From the human T2T-CHM13v2.0 reference genome, Homo sapiens, in the NCBI GenBank assembly GCA_009914755.4, contig CP068257.2:27552001-27616000 (forward strand): DNA of 64,000 nt. Direction: 5' to 3'. Each line of letters opens with the position of its first letter. Within the stretch, counting starts at the first letter, position 1. A program made the translations under genes and the position numbers. Shown in pieces: positions 27,875 through 41,250 of this stretch. The notes below the pieces were generated by a model. That model had not been told where the DNA came from. It worked only from the letters and a program-made list of their open reading frames with translations, and made no database searches.

Positions 27875-28650
27875 ACACACACACACACACACACAAACAC
27901 ACAAACACATAGACACACACAGACACATACAGACACATACACAGACACAGACACACAGACACATACAGACACACACACAGACACATACACACAGACACAT
28001 ACACAGACACACATACAGACACAGACACACACACACAGACACACACACAGACACAAATACAGACAATACAAACACACATACAGACATATAACATATACAG
28101 ACACACACACAGACACACACACAGACACAAGTACAGACACTGCAGACACACAGACACACATGCAGACACAGACAGACACACACAGACACACAGACACAAA
28201 TACAGACACTACAAACACATACAGACATATATACAGACACACACAGACACACATAGACACACACACAGACACACAGACACAAGTACAGACACTGCAGACA
28301 CACAGACACACACGCAGATACATACAGACACAGGCACATACAGACACACACACATATACACAGGCACACACAGACACACACACACAGACACACACAGACA
28401 CACAGACAGACACATATGGAGACACACATACAGACACACATGCACACACAGACACACACACAGACATATACACAGACATACAGACACACAGACATATACA
28501 CAGACACAGGCACACACACATGCACACAGACATACAGACACAGACACATCAGGCACACACATAGACACATACACACAGATACACACATAGACACATACAG
28601 ACACACAGACACACATAGACACACACAGAGACACACATACAGACACTTAG
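27875..28650. repeat. Complex low-complexity array, (CA)n merging into imperfect (CAGACA)n/(CACAGA)n, about 775 bp
   Basis: Read directly: 'acacacacacacacacaaacacacaaacacatagacacacacagacacatacagacac...'. A roughly 125-bp block (28048-28165) recurs at 28195-28320 at about 90% identity. Confidence 0.95.
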
Positions 28651-29499
28651 ACACACCTGTGTATGGGAAAACAAGCCCTTAGTCTTTCCACTTCCTATTT
28701 GTCCCCTGACCCTTCTTCTATACCGTATACTCCATTTCAACCTTCCAATGCCGTTTACCATGTTCTGGATCTCCCATGCCTTGTAAATCCTGACAACATT
28801 TGTGTGTCTTTTGTCCTAGACCTTTGGGCTTCACTTTCTACTCACTGCCAAGAAAAAGTAATTCCCGATAGTGTTCTTGTTGGGGGTAAAAAGACATTCT
28901 TATGTGGTATCTCTCAGGCACCAAATGTACACCTTCTTTGCTCTCTTCAGTTCACACCACATAGACAAGCCTATAAAGAATTCCTTCTAGGAGGTTATTT
29001 GACATCTATTGAATTGGTTTTGGGGGCTCAGCCAAAAATAAGATAACGGAAAAATTTTATTTCATACCCTATTATATAGTAAATATTGTCCAGATTTAAT
29101 AAACGATGTTTCTATTCTTTGCAAGTAGAATTATTTATCAGTAAATCCTAAGTGGCTTTTTAAAAATGACTAGAGTTTCCTGGAGACTAAAGCTTTCACA
29201 CAAGTTTAATTTTAAAGCTTTTCATTATTTTCTTTGTCTTCATTAGTCTTTAAGCAGCAAGTTCTCATTATAAACTAAACCATGCAAAGCGTGTAATATA
29301 CAAGACACTCCTCCCGCTCCCTTGCAGCCGGAGGCATCCATGAACTTAGTAAAGATTGTTTCAGCAGAAATGCAAAAAGAGTCCATTTTTGGCCTTTGGC
29401 TGCAAAAAAGTCCCTTGAATCCTCCCAATTTTTTTTCAGCACTTTCATTGGTTAATTCCTACTCGTTAAAAAAAATTACTTGAGGTAAGACTGCTATAC

Positions 29500-29700
29500 A
29501 AAAAGCCATACATAGTTAATGTGTACAACTTAATGAGTTTGGAGATTAGTATATACCCATGAAACCATCACCACAATCTATGGTACAAACCTATTCGTCA
29601 CCTCCGAAAGTTTCCATCTACCCTCTTCATTTATTATTATTATATTTTTGGTGATAAGAATCCTTAACATGAAAAATACTCTTAGTAGGTTTGTAAGTAT
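29500..29700 (+). mobile_element. Old L1 (L1MC/MD-like) 3'-terminal fragment
   Basis: 'gtgtacaacttaatgagtttggagattagtatatacccatgaaaccatcaccacaatctatggtacaaacctattcgtcacctccgaaagtttccatctaccc' resembles the conserved L1M 3'-end motif ('...tacaacttgatgagttttgacaaatgtatacacc..taaccaccacc.caatcaagatatagaacatttccatcaccccagaaagttccc'). Confidence 0.45.
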
Positions 29701-29899
29701 ACAATACAATATTGTTAGGTTATGCAACATAAAAAATACTACTCATTTTTTATCACTTGGCTCTGGTCTCATCTCTCCATAATGCCTTTGCCAGTTTCTA
29801 CTAAGTTCTCCTATTTTGACTTGATAGTATTAATGCATACCCTTATCTCAGTACTTCATATGCACCTTGAAATTATCCGTGTTACCTCTTTCTCAGTCC

Positions 29900-30000
29900 T
29901 TACAATGTTCTCGGAAGGAACCATGTCTTACTCTTCTTTGTTACCCCTCTTCCAAAGTGCCTATCACATAGTAGGTGCTCAATAAATGTTTATTGAATAG
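29900..30000 (+). mobile_element. MIR SINE 3' fragment
   Basis: 'gcctatcacatagtaggtgctcaataaatgtttattgaatagag' matches the MIR 3' consensus ('ggcacatagtaagcgctcaataaatgtt'). Confidence 0.45.
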
Positions 30001-30048
30001 AGAGAAATAGGTAAGATTAGGATCCATTTCTGATCACATTTTACAAGC

Positions 30049-30262
30049 AACAAAACTAACGCTCTCCAGGAATGGGCAAACTATTTCAGTAAAGGGCCAG
30101 AGAGTAAATATGTTATGCTTTGTTGGCCATCTGGACTCTTTCACAACTACTTAACTCTGCTGTTGTAGCAGGACAGCAGCCATAGACAATCTGTAAATGA
30201 CTGGGTGCGGCTGTGTTCCAATGAAACTTTATTTACAAAACAGATGGCACACAGATTTGCTT
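30049..30262 (+). mobile_element. hAT-type DNA transposon fragment (MER-class, about 210 bp non-autonomous element)
   Basis: 'cagtaaagggccagagagtaaatatgttatgctttgttggccatctggactctttcacaactacttaactctgctgttgtagcaggacagcagccatagacaatctgtaaatgactgggtgcggctgtgttccaatgaaactttatttacaaaacagatggcac' closely parallels a recalled hAT MER consensus ('...gggccagatagtaaatatttt.ggctttgcgggcc...gttccaataaaactttatttacaaaaacagg...'). The subfamily name is not certain. Confidence 0.45.
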
Positions 30263-31253
30263 CTAAGGCTCTAGTTTGCAGCTTCTCCTCTACTAAACTA
30301 AGAGTGGTTTACTGACTTAGTTTCACATCTAGAGTATATTTGTGTATGGCAAAACTCAAAGTCTTTTTACATAGTTGAATGATAGTATATTGTGGTGGAA
30401 TAGTAATCTGCTCAATAGTTTGCTAGTGGTCTAAAGATCTGATGTTCAATCAAAGATGTGTAATTTACTACTAAGAGGAAGCAAGTTAAGCCTCACTAAT
30501 TCTAATGTACTTGTGAGTGGAAAGATACAATGAATATCATGTTAAGAAAATAGTACACGTTTAAGAACAATCTGTTCCCCTATGGTCTCCTAGGTCATCA
30601 AGAGAATGGACTCTTTAATGGACAAGAATTATGTGCTCAGTAAAATGGTAATATTGGCTCTGCCTGTCAAAGGAAGCGTTCATTATTCACAGGTGTATAT
30701 TTATCAGCATCTTCCTGAGTTGATGCCTGTTTCCCAACCATTTCTTGGCATTAAAGACTTCCTCTGGTAGGTCTATCTCCTCACAGGGCTCCATGTGGTC
30801 CAGGCTGGATCTTTGCATATATGGCTTTTCCCACCAGGATGTGGGGGTGTTAGAGGATAGATTCCAAGATCTCCAAGGTCCCAAGCAGTCCTCAAATTTA
30901 TTAGCTATTATCTCTTTTCAAATGCATCTTTTCCATGCGAGCCCCTTTTGGCTTGAAACATTATCTAAGTTTAAATTAGCTGTTTCTTCTCTGACCTCAA
31001 GTTGCTGCAACACATATGGCAGGATTATCTTGGCTATTAATCTGATCTCTGTGTAATTCCCTCTCCTTCTGTTTCTTACCTTCAGTGAATCCAGGGGCAC
31101 CCGTAAACTCTAATCACACATTGATCTAAGCATTTCAGATACTTGCTTGTAAAGACTACCTGAACCTGGGGCTGAGACTGTGAGGAGAAGATGGAAGAGG
31201 GGTGATTGGGATATGAGAGAAAAGTGTGGAGGCAACAGATTTTTCGGAGTGAA

Positions 31254-31330
31254 GCCAGGAAGTAGAAGGAGGACCAGGAAGTAGAAGGAGGACCGGGAAA
31301 TGGAAGGAGTGCCAGGAAGTGGAAGGAGTC
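31254..31330. repeat. Minisatellite-like tandem repeat, about 19-bp unit in 4 copies ('ccaggaagtagaaggagga')
   Basis: Read directly: 'gccaggaagtagaaggagga|ccaggaagtagaaggagga|ccgggaaatggaaggagt|gccaggaagtggaaggagtc'. Confidence 0.75.
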
Positions 31331-31684
31331 AATGCCACACTGTGCTTGAAATCAACTTGCCCTCAGTGACTCAATGCCCGTGGACAACACACCATCTAAA
31401 AGTGTTGGGTCCTTATTTGTCCCCTGAACAGAAGGTAGGCTTCTTGGTTGCCTTGTCAGGGCAGAAAGCGTGGAAGAAAAACATGGTATCCTGGCCTACA
31501 TGCAGCTGATCAGAACAGCTGGGAATTTCCCTGTGAGATGGAACAACTCTGGACCTACCACTGCTGTTACCCGCACTGCTTCGCCTTTAATGGTTGTTAT
31601 TTCTCATGGGTTAGTCTTGTTTTTAGTTACTATTTTATGAAGAAATTCCTTCCTCTCAAGGTAGATAGAATAAGATCAACCTCA

Positions 31685-32044
<360 letters not shown>

Positions 32045-34240
32045 TTATTATGATATTCCAAAATAAAGAATTGTTATATGTTAAAAGCTCCCTGAGGATC
32101 AAGTTTTGGACTCCTCTCATCTCACGTAATGACTCATATGACAGCATATCATCAGGATATGGTTTATGAGATTTTCCTGGAATTACATCATATTGATGAC
32201 ACATTTATGCGCCTTTGCGATTACAAAATTCCTCCTATGTTGAATGTTGTTATTCTCCCCTCATGATTCAGTTCAAATGCCTTCTTCTCTTTAACGCCTT
32301 TGTCAACATCCCACTTCCTCCAGTCTCCCCAGTGCTCTGCTCATAATTCTCCTATCCACATCACATTGTGTAATGATTGTTTATTTACATGTCTGATTAT
32401 CCTGCTAGTTTGTGAGCACTTGGAGAAGAGAAAATGCACAGCCTATATTTTATTCATGTCTGTATGCCCAACGTGTGCACCAACTGACAGCATAAGTGCT
32501 CCATGTGTATTCAATATTTCCTAAATGTAAAGTTGAGAGTAGTCCTTCAGCTTTGGGATTTTGTTGACGTTCTCAGTGAAACCCAGGTTTGGAACTCTAA
32601 CAAATATATTTGAATATTTCTCGGGCCTATAAATGCAGCTTGGAACTAAAGACATCTGGTCTACTATAAAAATCTTCTGAATGGTCTCTATTCCTCTATT
32701 CATGTTTCCTTTCAATCATTTTCCAATTCCTGCCAAAGAGAATATTCCAAAACAAATCTGTTTATTACTTTTTAATTAAAAGTCTTCAAAGTCTTCCCCT
32801 TGCTAAAGGATAAAATTTTTTTTAGGGTGGCATCCAAGACCTTACTTAATTTAATCCTCTCGATCTTCCATGACTTATCTCTTGATGCATCTTCTCCATT
32901 CTCCCCTCAGTCCCCCACCAATACACACAACTACCTCACAACCCTGCACTTTCCACCCCACCTACCTGCTTTATAGATGCTGAATTACAAGTAATTATCT
33001 AAATGGACCACACTGCAGGAACTTCTGTAGCCATTTTCCATCATTGTCCTGTTCTTTCATTGTTGTTTCTATTTCTTTTTTTATCTCCCTAATTATTTAA
33101 ACCATATTTTACAGACTTGTTACATTTACTGACTCTCATGGTGGTGGAGATGGATTTTTTCCTAGTGTGCCTGTGTGTGGGTGAGTTTTGTTTTATTTGC
33201 TTATTTTATTGTGAGATCATTTTCAGCAGGGGTTGATTTGCTTCCCACTCCCAGGTAGTAGAAGTACCAGTTTTGCCAGTTTCCTAGTGGTTTTATGGGT
33301 CCTAGACCAGCTCTATGTTAATGTCCCAGCTTGGGATTTTGATAGCATGGGGACAATATAAATTGGAGCCTTACATGCTTGTGTGCCTTAGGTTTGCAAT
33401 TTCTCGTTTTTTCCCTACTGAGTCGCGGGTAGATGGCAAACTTCCTTGCTACCTCTCTAGGCTTTTGGGTGGAGTATTTCTAGTTCCTTTTTAACAGATG
33501 GGCCTGGCTAAATGTAGAGGATTCAGCTCTAGCTCTCCATGTCAGATCTCACATGGGTCAGTGTCCTTACCCTCTTCCTGCCTGGACATTAAAAGTCAGC
33601 TGTATTGCTAAGCAGGCCTGACAACCCCGTGAGAGGCTGTTGCATCAGCTCTATTTACTAGCCTGTATTTAATTTCCCTCTTCCTTGCTTAAACCTATGG
33701 GTTTGTTTCTGTTTTCTTTTTTCAAGCTCAATCATTTTTCCTTACGCTGTTTTATCTAGCATGTGGGAGAATTGGTGTCAGTGTAGTCCAATAGGTTGTT
33801 GGAGGGCCTCTGTGTTACCTGCTGTGGTTATTCCCACGTTCTCCTTTACATGGAAGACTCTGTCATCAAACCAACCCAGACTGCAGGGCAACCTTGCTCT
33901 TCATACTCAGCCGAGCATCCCCTTCTCTATTGAACTTTTTTAAACCTTTCTCCAGATTAGAATTAGTCTCTCCCTCACTGGTACTTCCACCACACACTGT
34001 TTAGTTTTAAACCGTAAGACCCGTGACGCTGATGTGCTTACATTGTGTTCATGAGTCCTTTTTCCTTCTTGAAGATTATATTTTATTTATCTTTGTGTCC
34101 TTAGGGTCCTGCGCTTTGCAGGGTCCATAACAGGTGTTTAATACAAGCCAAATAATGGATGAATGAGTGAATACATAAAATGGGTGGATAATAAGAAATG
34201 ACAGAATAGTAGCAATAGTAGAATTTCATAGTTCCCCTAG

Positions 34241-34386
34241 GTCAGGCATGGTGGTGTGCACCTGTAGTCCTTGCTATCCAGTAGGCTGAGGCAGGAGGAT
34301 CACATGAACCCAGGAGTGCCAGGCTGGAATAAACTATGATTACGCCACTGCACTCCAGCCTGACAACAGAGTGAGACCCTAAAAAG
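34241..34386 (+). mobile_element. Alu right-monomer fragment (5'-truncated Alu or FRAM-like)
   Basis: 'ggtcaggcatggtggtgtgcacctgtagtcc..ggctgaggcaggaggatcacatgaacccaggagtgccaggctgg...cgccactgcactccagcctgacaacagagtgagaccctaaaaag' is the right half of the Alu consensus only. Confidence 0.8.
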
Positions 34387-35149
34387 AAGAGAGAAAAGTT
34401 CCTCTCTCTCTGTCTTTATGCTGTGTTTCTAGGCCACATCTATAAATAAATTAAGAAAGTCAAATTTAAACTATCTTATCCTGAAAAGAAGTGAAATGTA
34501 AGATGTTTATTGAAACTAGCAGCGATCACATCTAGTGCCCCCCATGTGCCAGGCACATTAAATTCACATATCTACTTTTTACAGCAACATTTTGATGTAG
34601 GTGCTATGAATATTCTTTTTACACGTGAGGGAAATGAGTCACCAAAAGGTTGAATAACTTGACCAAACTCAAAAATGATAGAGCTGGGATTTGAGCTCAG
34701 GTAGTCTGGCTCCAGAGTCTGTATTTTTAACCATAATATTAGATAACCTATCAGTACTAACGAAGAAGACAGAAGGAAGTTTCTGGGTCCATTTTTTTAA
34801 AGGAATTATTTGTGAGTTTAAAGTGAATCATTATTTTCTGATGAATATTCAGGTACTTCTTAGAACCCTGCCATGCGGGAAGATAAAAGTCTCACTCAGT
34901 AAAATACCTCTAAATTTAACTGATAGGTCTAAAAATCCTTCCACAATTGAACCTAGATCTCAGATGTTGTTATTTAAACACCTTTCTTTCTGTTTCCTTC
35001 CTTATTCACAGGAAAAAAAAAAAAAAAGAACAAATACAACCACCTCCTTTTGGTCTTCCTAGAAATATAAGTTGAAGCCTTATTAGAAATCATTTGGTAT
35101 ACATCCCTTTTCCTTAAAATCCGGAAAGCACCACGAATATTTTGAATTT

Positions 35150-35447
<298 letters not shown>

Positions 35448-36507
35448 ATTTTGGATATACTGATAGAAAATCACCCTGCTCATTCATTCTCCTTATCACC
35501 GACTGAGAAGTAAGAAGCAAGACATACTGGATGGAGCAAAGCAACAGGCTCCATCTGCCCAGTCATTTTGACTGTCATACTGCCTGCAGGTGGTAACCAC
35601 AATGCTTATACTTGTGGATGCAGAGGCCCAATAATTCCTGCATTGCAAATATGATCTCATCTCCTATCGAAGCTCCTTTAATGGAATTTTGTGGAGAAGT
35701 GATAACCTTCCCTGAATGTAAGAGTGGGCGAAAGAATCTCAAACCACAAGACACATTGACCATAAGCAAAATGGGAATGTGTTTTTGGAGCAGCAGAAAC
35801 TTTTTACTTAGGATTATTAAAGAATATGCTAAAGAAAGATAAGCAACTTGAGCGGTTACTAAATATACCAAGCATGCATGGGGCTGAGATATGTGGGGTT
35901 ATGTGCAGCTGAGCAAACAAAATGACTATTTTTGTAGGGACCCTGAGTGTGTGGCGCTTTGGGTTTGATGACGCACCTCACTATTTAAGGAATGCTGGAG
36001 AATTATCCTATCTGAAGTCCAGAACAGATTTTTCTCTTCGAGAGAAAATTAGTTTTTTAATGTTTGAATGGACATTGAGTAAAATGTATCATGAAAATAT
36101 CTAATAATTTACCATGCCACCAAGATGGCACAGCCTCAGAGCCATGCTGAGATCAGAAGAAAATTGAAATAATTGGTAGAGTACAAAGGGCTTCATTTTT
36201 CTTTTCCTTTTTGGCAATAAACTGGCTCCATTACAGTGTTAGTGAGTTTCAGAAAATGGATGGTTATTGACATGAGATTACTTGTGAAGCATAGTGTAGA
36301 TCATTCAGTTGAAAAGGATTGTGTTTTTTTCTTTTTAAGCCCAAAGTACTATATTTAGGTCAATATTTAAACACATGGTAGAACTTATTAAAAGTAGTAA
36401 AATTGAAATGTTTGTCACTTAATGAATGATTGGCAACCTTGCTTAAGATATCTTGGCCACGTGTAGGCTCATAAGCAAGATCCTTAAGGTATTTAAAAGG
36501 AAATTAG

Positions 36508-37740
<1,233 letters not shown>

Positions 37741-38132
37741 TATACTGAAAGATAGTATTTAATAAAGAGTTCAGATGGTTTATGTTCATATGTGAATCAG
37801 TATCAGGCAATGGATTTATCATTTTGGAAATTAAGCTCCCTTGTAAAAAATATCTGAGTTGTTTATTGAGTTACAGGCACTTTCTTATAAAGCTCCAGTT
37901 GTTGCTTTTCTCAGAGAACTGGGAAGCCCCTTTCAATTTTGTTGTGTTCTGTGAACAGCTTTCCACCCCGAAGACTGGAAAATCTCTTTTCTAACCATGG
38001 GAGAAAAACTGAAGCAGAAACAGCAAGAAATACAGGTATTTTGACAAAAGGATTTTCTCATCCCAGTGCTTTCTTACTGCCTGAAATTCTAGTAGTTAAC
38101 AATTCTTCAAGAGTCAGATACTTGTCACAGTG

Positions 38133-38513
38133 TGATATGGTTTGGGTCTGTGTCCCCACCCAAATCTTACCTTGAATTATAATCTGAATTGTAATTCCCA
38201 CATGTTGAAGGAGGGAGCTAGTGGGAGATGATTGGATTATGGGGGCGGTTTCCACCATGCTGTACTCATGATAGTGAGTGAGTTCTCATGAGATCTGACG
38301 GTTTTATAAGTGGCAGTTTCCCCTGCGTGCTCCTCTCTTTCCTGCCACCGTGTAATACATACCTTGCTTCCCCTTCCCCTTCTGCCATGATTGTAAGTTT
38401 CCTGAGGCCTTTCCAGCCATGAGGAACTGTGAGTCAATTCAACCTCTTTTGTTTATAAATTACTCAGTCTCAGGTAGTATCTTTGTAGCACTGTGAGAAC
38501 GGACTAATATACA
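38133..38513 (+). mobile_element. MaLR LTR (THE1/MSTA-type, about 381 bp)
   Basis: It starts 'tgatatggtttgggtctgtgtccccacccaaatcttaccttgaatt', contains '...catgattgtaagtttcctgaggcc...' and ends '...tgtgagaacggactaatataca'. Confidence 0.85.
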
Positions 38514-39399
38514 ATGACTCAGAAAGAAAAAGACATCTTTTGACTTTGGAGGGATATATTTTTAGGGTGAGATGATATAAATGGGGATCTCACGGTACCA
38601 GGATAGTTGACCTCAGTTGACCAAAGAGCCTAAGCTGAAAAACAAAAATAGTAGCTTATTTTTAAAAATAGCTAATGCTATAGAGGAAAGCAGTAAGTAA
38701 CTTGGAGAAAAGGCAGAGAAAGCACAAACACGGTCAACATCTGGAGAAGCTTGAACCTCATATGGCAGATCATAATTGTAACACAATTGCTTATTTTATA
38801 CCCTGAAAATTTTCAGTTCTAAATGAAATCTTGCTGGGTAAGAATATTTTTCAATGACTATTTTAAAGAAAAGCAATTCTGCCAGTTTTGTGGTATATGG
38901 TTATTAAAGAGTTAAAGAGCAACAGTTAAGTCATATTGTTAATACTGTGGCATAGAAAATAATCTAATCATGTCCTTTGCCCATTTCTAAATTGGATTAA
39001 TTTTACTAATATATTTTATTTAACCCAATATATATAAATGTTTCATCATGTAATCAACATAAAATGTTAATGAGATTTTTACCTTTTTATTCATAAAGTC
39101 TTCAAAATTCAGGATGTATTTTATATTCGGAATGAAACTCAGTTTAAAGTGGTCACATTTCAAGTGCTCAAAACACAGATGTAGCTGTCATATTGAACAG
39201 CACACTGCAGATAGTTCTCATTTCTAGCTGGGTGTTTGGCTTTGCAGAAGTCTGAGGTCCGTATGGTTTTTTTTCTCCTTGTAGGTGATTAGCTTTCTGA
39301 TACCTGAACAATTATTTTTCATTCTTACAATTCAAGAACTTAACAAAGATACATATCAAAGAGGTCCATACTTAATTTTCATGTTCATTCACTGTGCCA

Positions 39400-40375
39400 A
39401 TTGAGTTCTCATTTCAGGACTGTTACTTATTTTGTGATATATCTTTGTAATACTTTTCTTATTCCACTGTTGAGTTATTTTTTCTTCTGAGACATCAGTT
39501 AACATTTGTTGGGCTCTCTATTTTTGTCCTCCATATCTAGTAGTTTCTTTATGATTCTTTAAGCACCTCATGTTATTTGCATTACTGTAATTATCACAAT
39601 CTTTTTCTAAATGTAAGTATATTGATTTTGTTTTCTGCTCTTTTGATCTTATTTAACTTGTGTTTTTAGCTTGCTTAATTTTGATGACATTATTTTGGTT
39701 CTTATTTCCTGTTTCATACTACAGCATTCTTTATATTCTAATCTTTTTGCTCTCATTTTGTCAAATTCAAGTGGCTATTGTAAGCTTGTCCTATTACTCA
39801 AAGCTTTTTTGAAAATGTTCCTTCTTACTGCAGTCGAGTCATATAAATGAATAAACAACAAAAATATACAAGAGAATTTTTTTAAAAAGAAAACTAAAGA
39901 AAATGTTCCTTCTGTTTCTTGTTTGCTTTAGTTTTTTTTCCCTTAAGATTAGGTTGTTTATTTGGTATCTAGCTAATGTTGGTCTTGTAAAATAAAGTGG
40001 GAAGTGTTTCCTCCTCTTCTAAGGAAGAGCTTATGTGGAATTTGTGCTATTTCTTTTTTAAATGTTTGGTAGAACTGATTGGTGAAATAATTTGTCCAAG
40101 AGATACCTTTTTCAGATGTTTAAACTATCAATTCAATTTCTTTAATAGTTTTAGGACTATCCAGGTTATCTATTTCATCTTAGGTAAGCTTTGGTATTTA
40201 TTGATTTTGGAGAAATTGGTCCATTTTATCTCAGTTGTCAAATGTATGTGTATAGAATTACTTGTAGCCATTATATATTATCTTTTTTTCACATCCATGG
40301 GGTTTGTAGTCATATATTCTCTTTCACTCCTGATCTTGCCAAGTCAGTTCCAAATAATAGAAATTTTCAGTTGAT
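39400..40375 (-). mobile_element. Old L1 (L1M-type) ORF2 fragment, antisense on the + strand
   Basis: 40040-40340 ('tttaaatgtttggtagaactgattggtgaaataatttgtccaag...tttaggactatccaggttatctatttcatcttaggtaagctttggtatttattgattttggagaaattggtccattttatctcag') matches antisense L1M ORF2 ('tttaaatgtttggtagaattcaccagtgaagccatctggtcctgg...'). Confidence 0.6.
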
Positions 40376-40376
40376 A

Positions 40377-40440
40377 GAATTCCAAGAAAATTAGATTTTA
40401 TCTCAAAGAATTCCAAGAAAATTAGATTTTATCTCAAAGT
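40377..40440. repeat. Perfect 32-bp tandem duplication (2 copies)
   Basis: 'gaattccaagaaaattagattttatctcaaag' occurs twice in direct succession. Confidence 0.9.
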
Positions 40441-40879
40441 AAAACAAAATAAGACCTCTAGATCTTGAAATCGATGTATCTCAAGTTAATATGTTCAAAA
40501 TGAATTTCATCATCTGTTTTCCAATTCCTTTTCCTGTTACATACCTTTCTTTTTCAAATGTCACTTATCCAAGACAAAAACTGGGGTACTTCACTATCCC
40601 CTTTCCCTAATCCCCCAACTGGTGTGTTAGTTTTGAAAGTTTGCCTTTTTAATATCTCTAGGAGGCATTCCATTTTCTCTAGCCTATCTGCACTGCACTT
40701 GTTCAGATTCCCTTTACTTCTTTCCAGGATTATTTCAGAAGCCTCTAAATGATTTTTCCGCCTTTGGCTTTAGCTTCCTTCTAAACTATTCTCTATGTTG
40801 TAGCCAAGCCATATTTTTAAAGTATGATTCTAGGAATATTATCTACCCCTCACTATCATGGAAATCCTTTAGAGTTTGC

Positions 40880-41250
40880 CTTAGTCTTTCAGGCTGCTAT
40901 AACAAAAATCCATAAACTTAGGTGGCTTATAAACAATAAACATTTGTTTCACACAGTTCTGGAGCCTGAGAAGTCCACGATCAAGATGCCAATACATTCA
41001 GTGTCTGGGGAGGGTCTATTTCTGGTTCATAGAAGACGTCCTCTAGCTGTGTCCTCACATGGTGGAAGGCTCAAGCTAGCTCTCTGAAGCCTCTTTTACA
41101 AGGGCACTCATCCAATTAATGAAGTCTCTGCCCTCATGACCTAATCACTCCACAAAAGGTCACACTTCCTAATATCATCATGTTGGGGGTTAGGATTTCA
41201 CCATATGAATTTTGGGGGACACAAACAGAACATAGCAGAGGCCCTCTGCA
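40880..41250 (+). mobile_element. Ancient interspersed repeat (same unnamed family as 21770-22190)
   Basis: 'gctgctataacaaaaatccataaacttaggtggcttataaacaat...cacagttctggagcctgagaagtccacgatcaagatgcc...gtgtcctcacatggtggaagg...cctaatatcatcatgttgggggttaggatttcaccatatgaattttgggggacacaaaca'. Confidence 0.4.

Noticed and set aside
27691-28761. Cluster of long ORFs (280 aa and 296 aa on '-', 104-145 aa on both strands) with Cys/Val/Leu-rich or His/Thr/Gln-rich products.
   Set aside because: They are direct translations of the (CA)n/(CAGACA)n low-complexity array in different frames. They have no start context or domain, and their composition mirrors the repeat.
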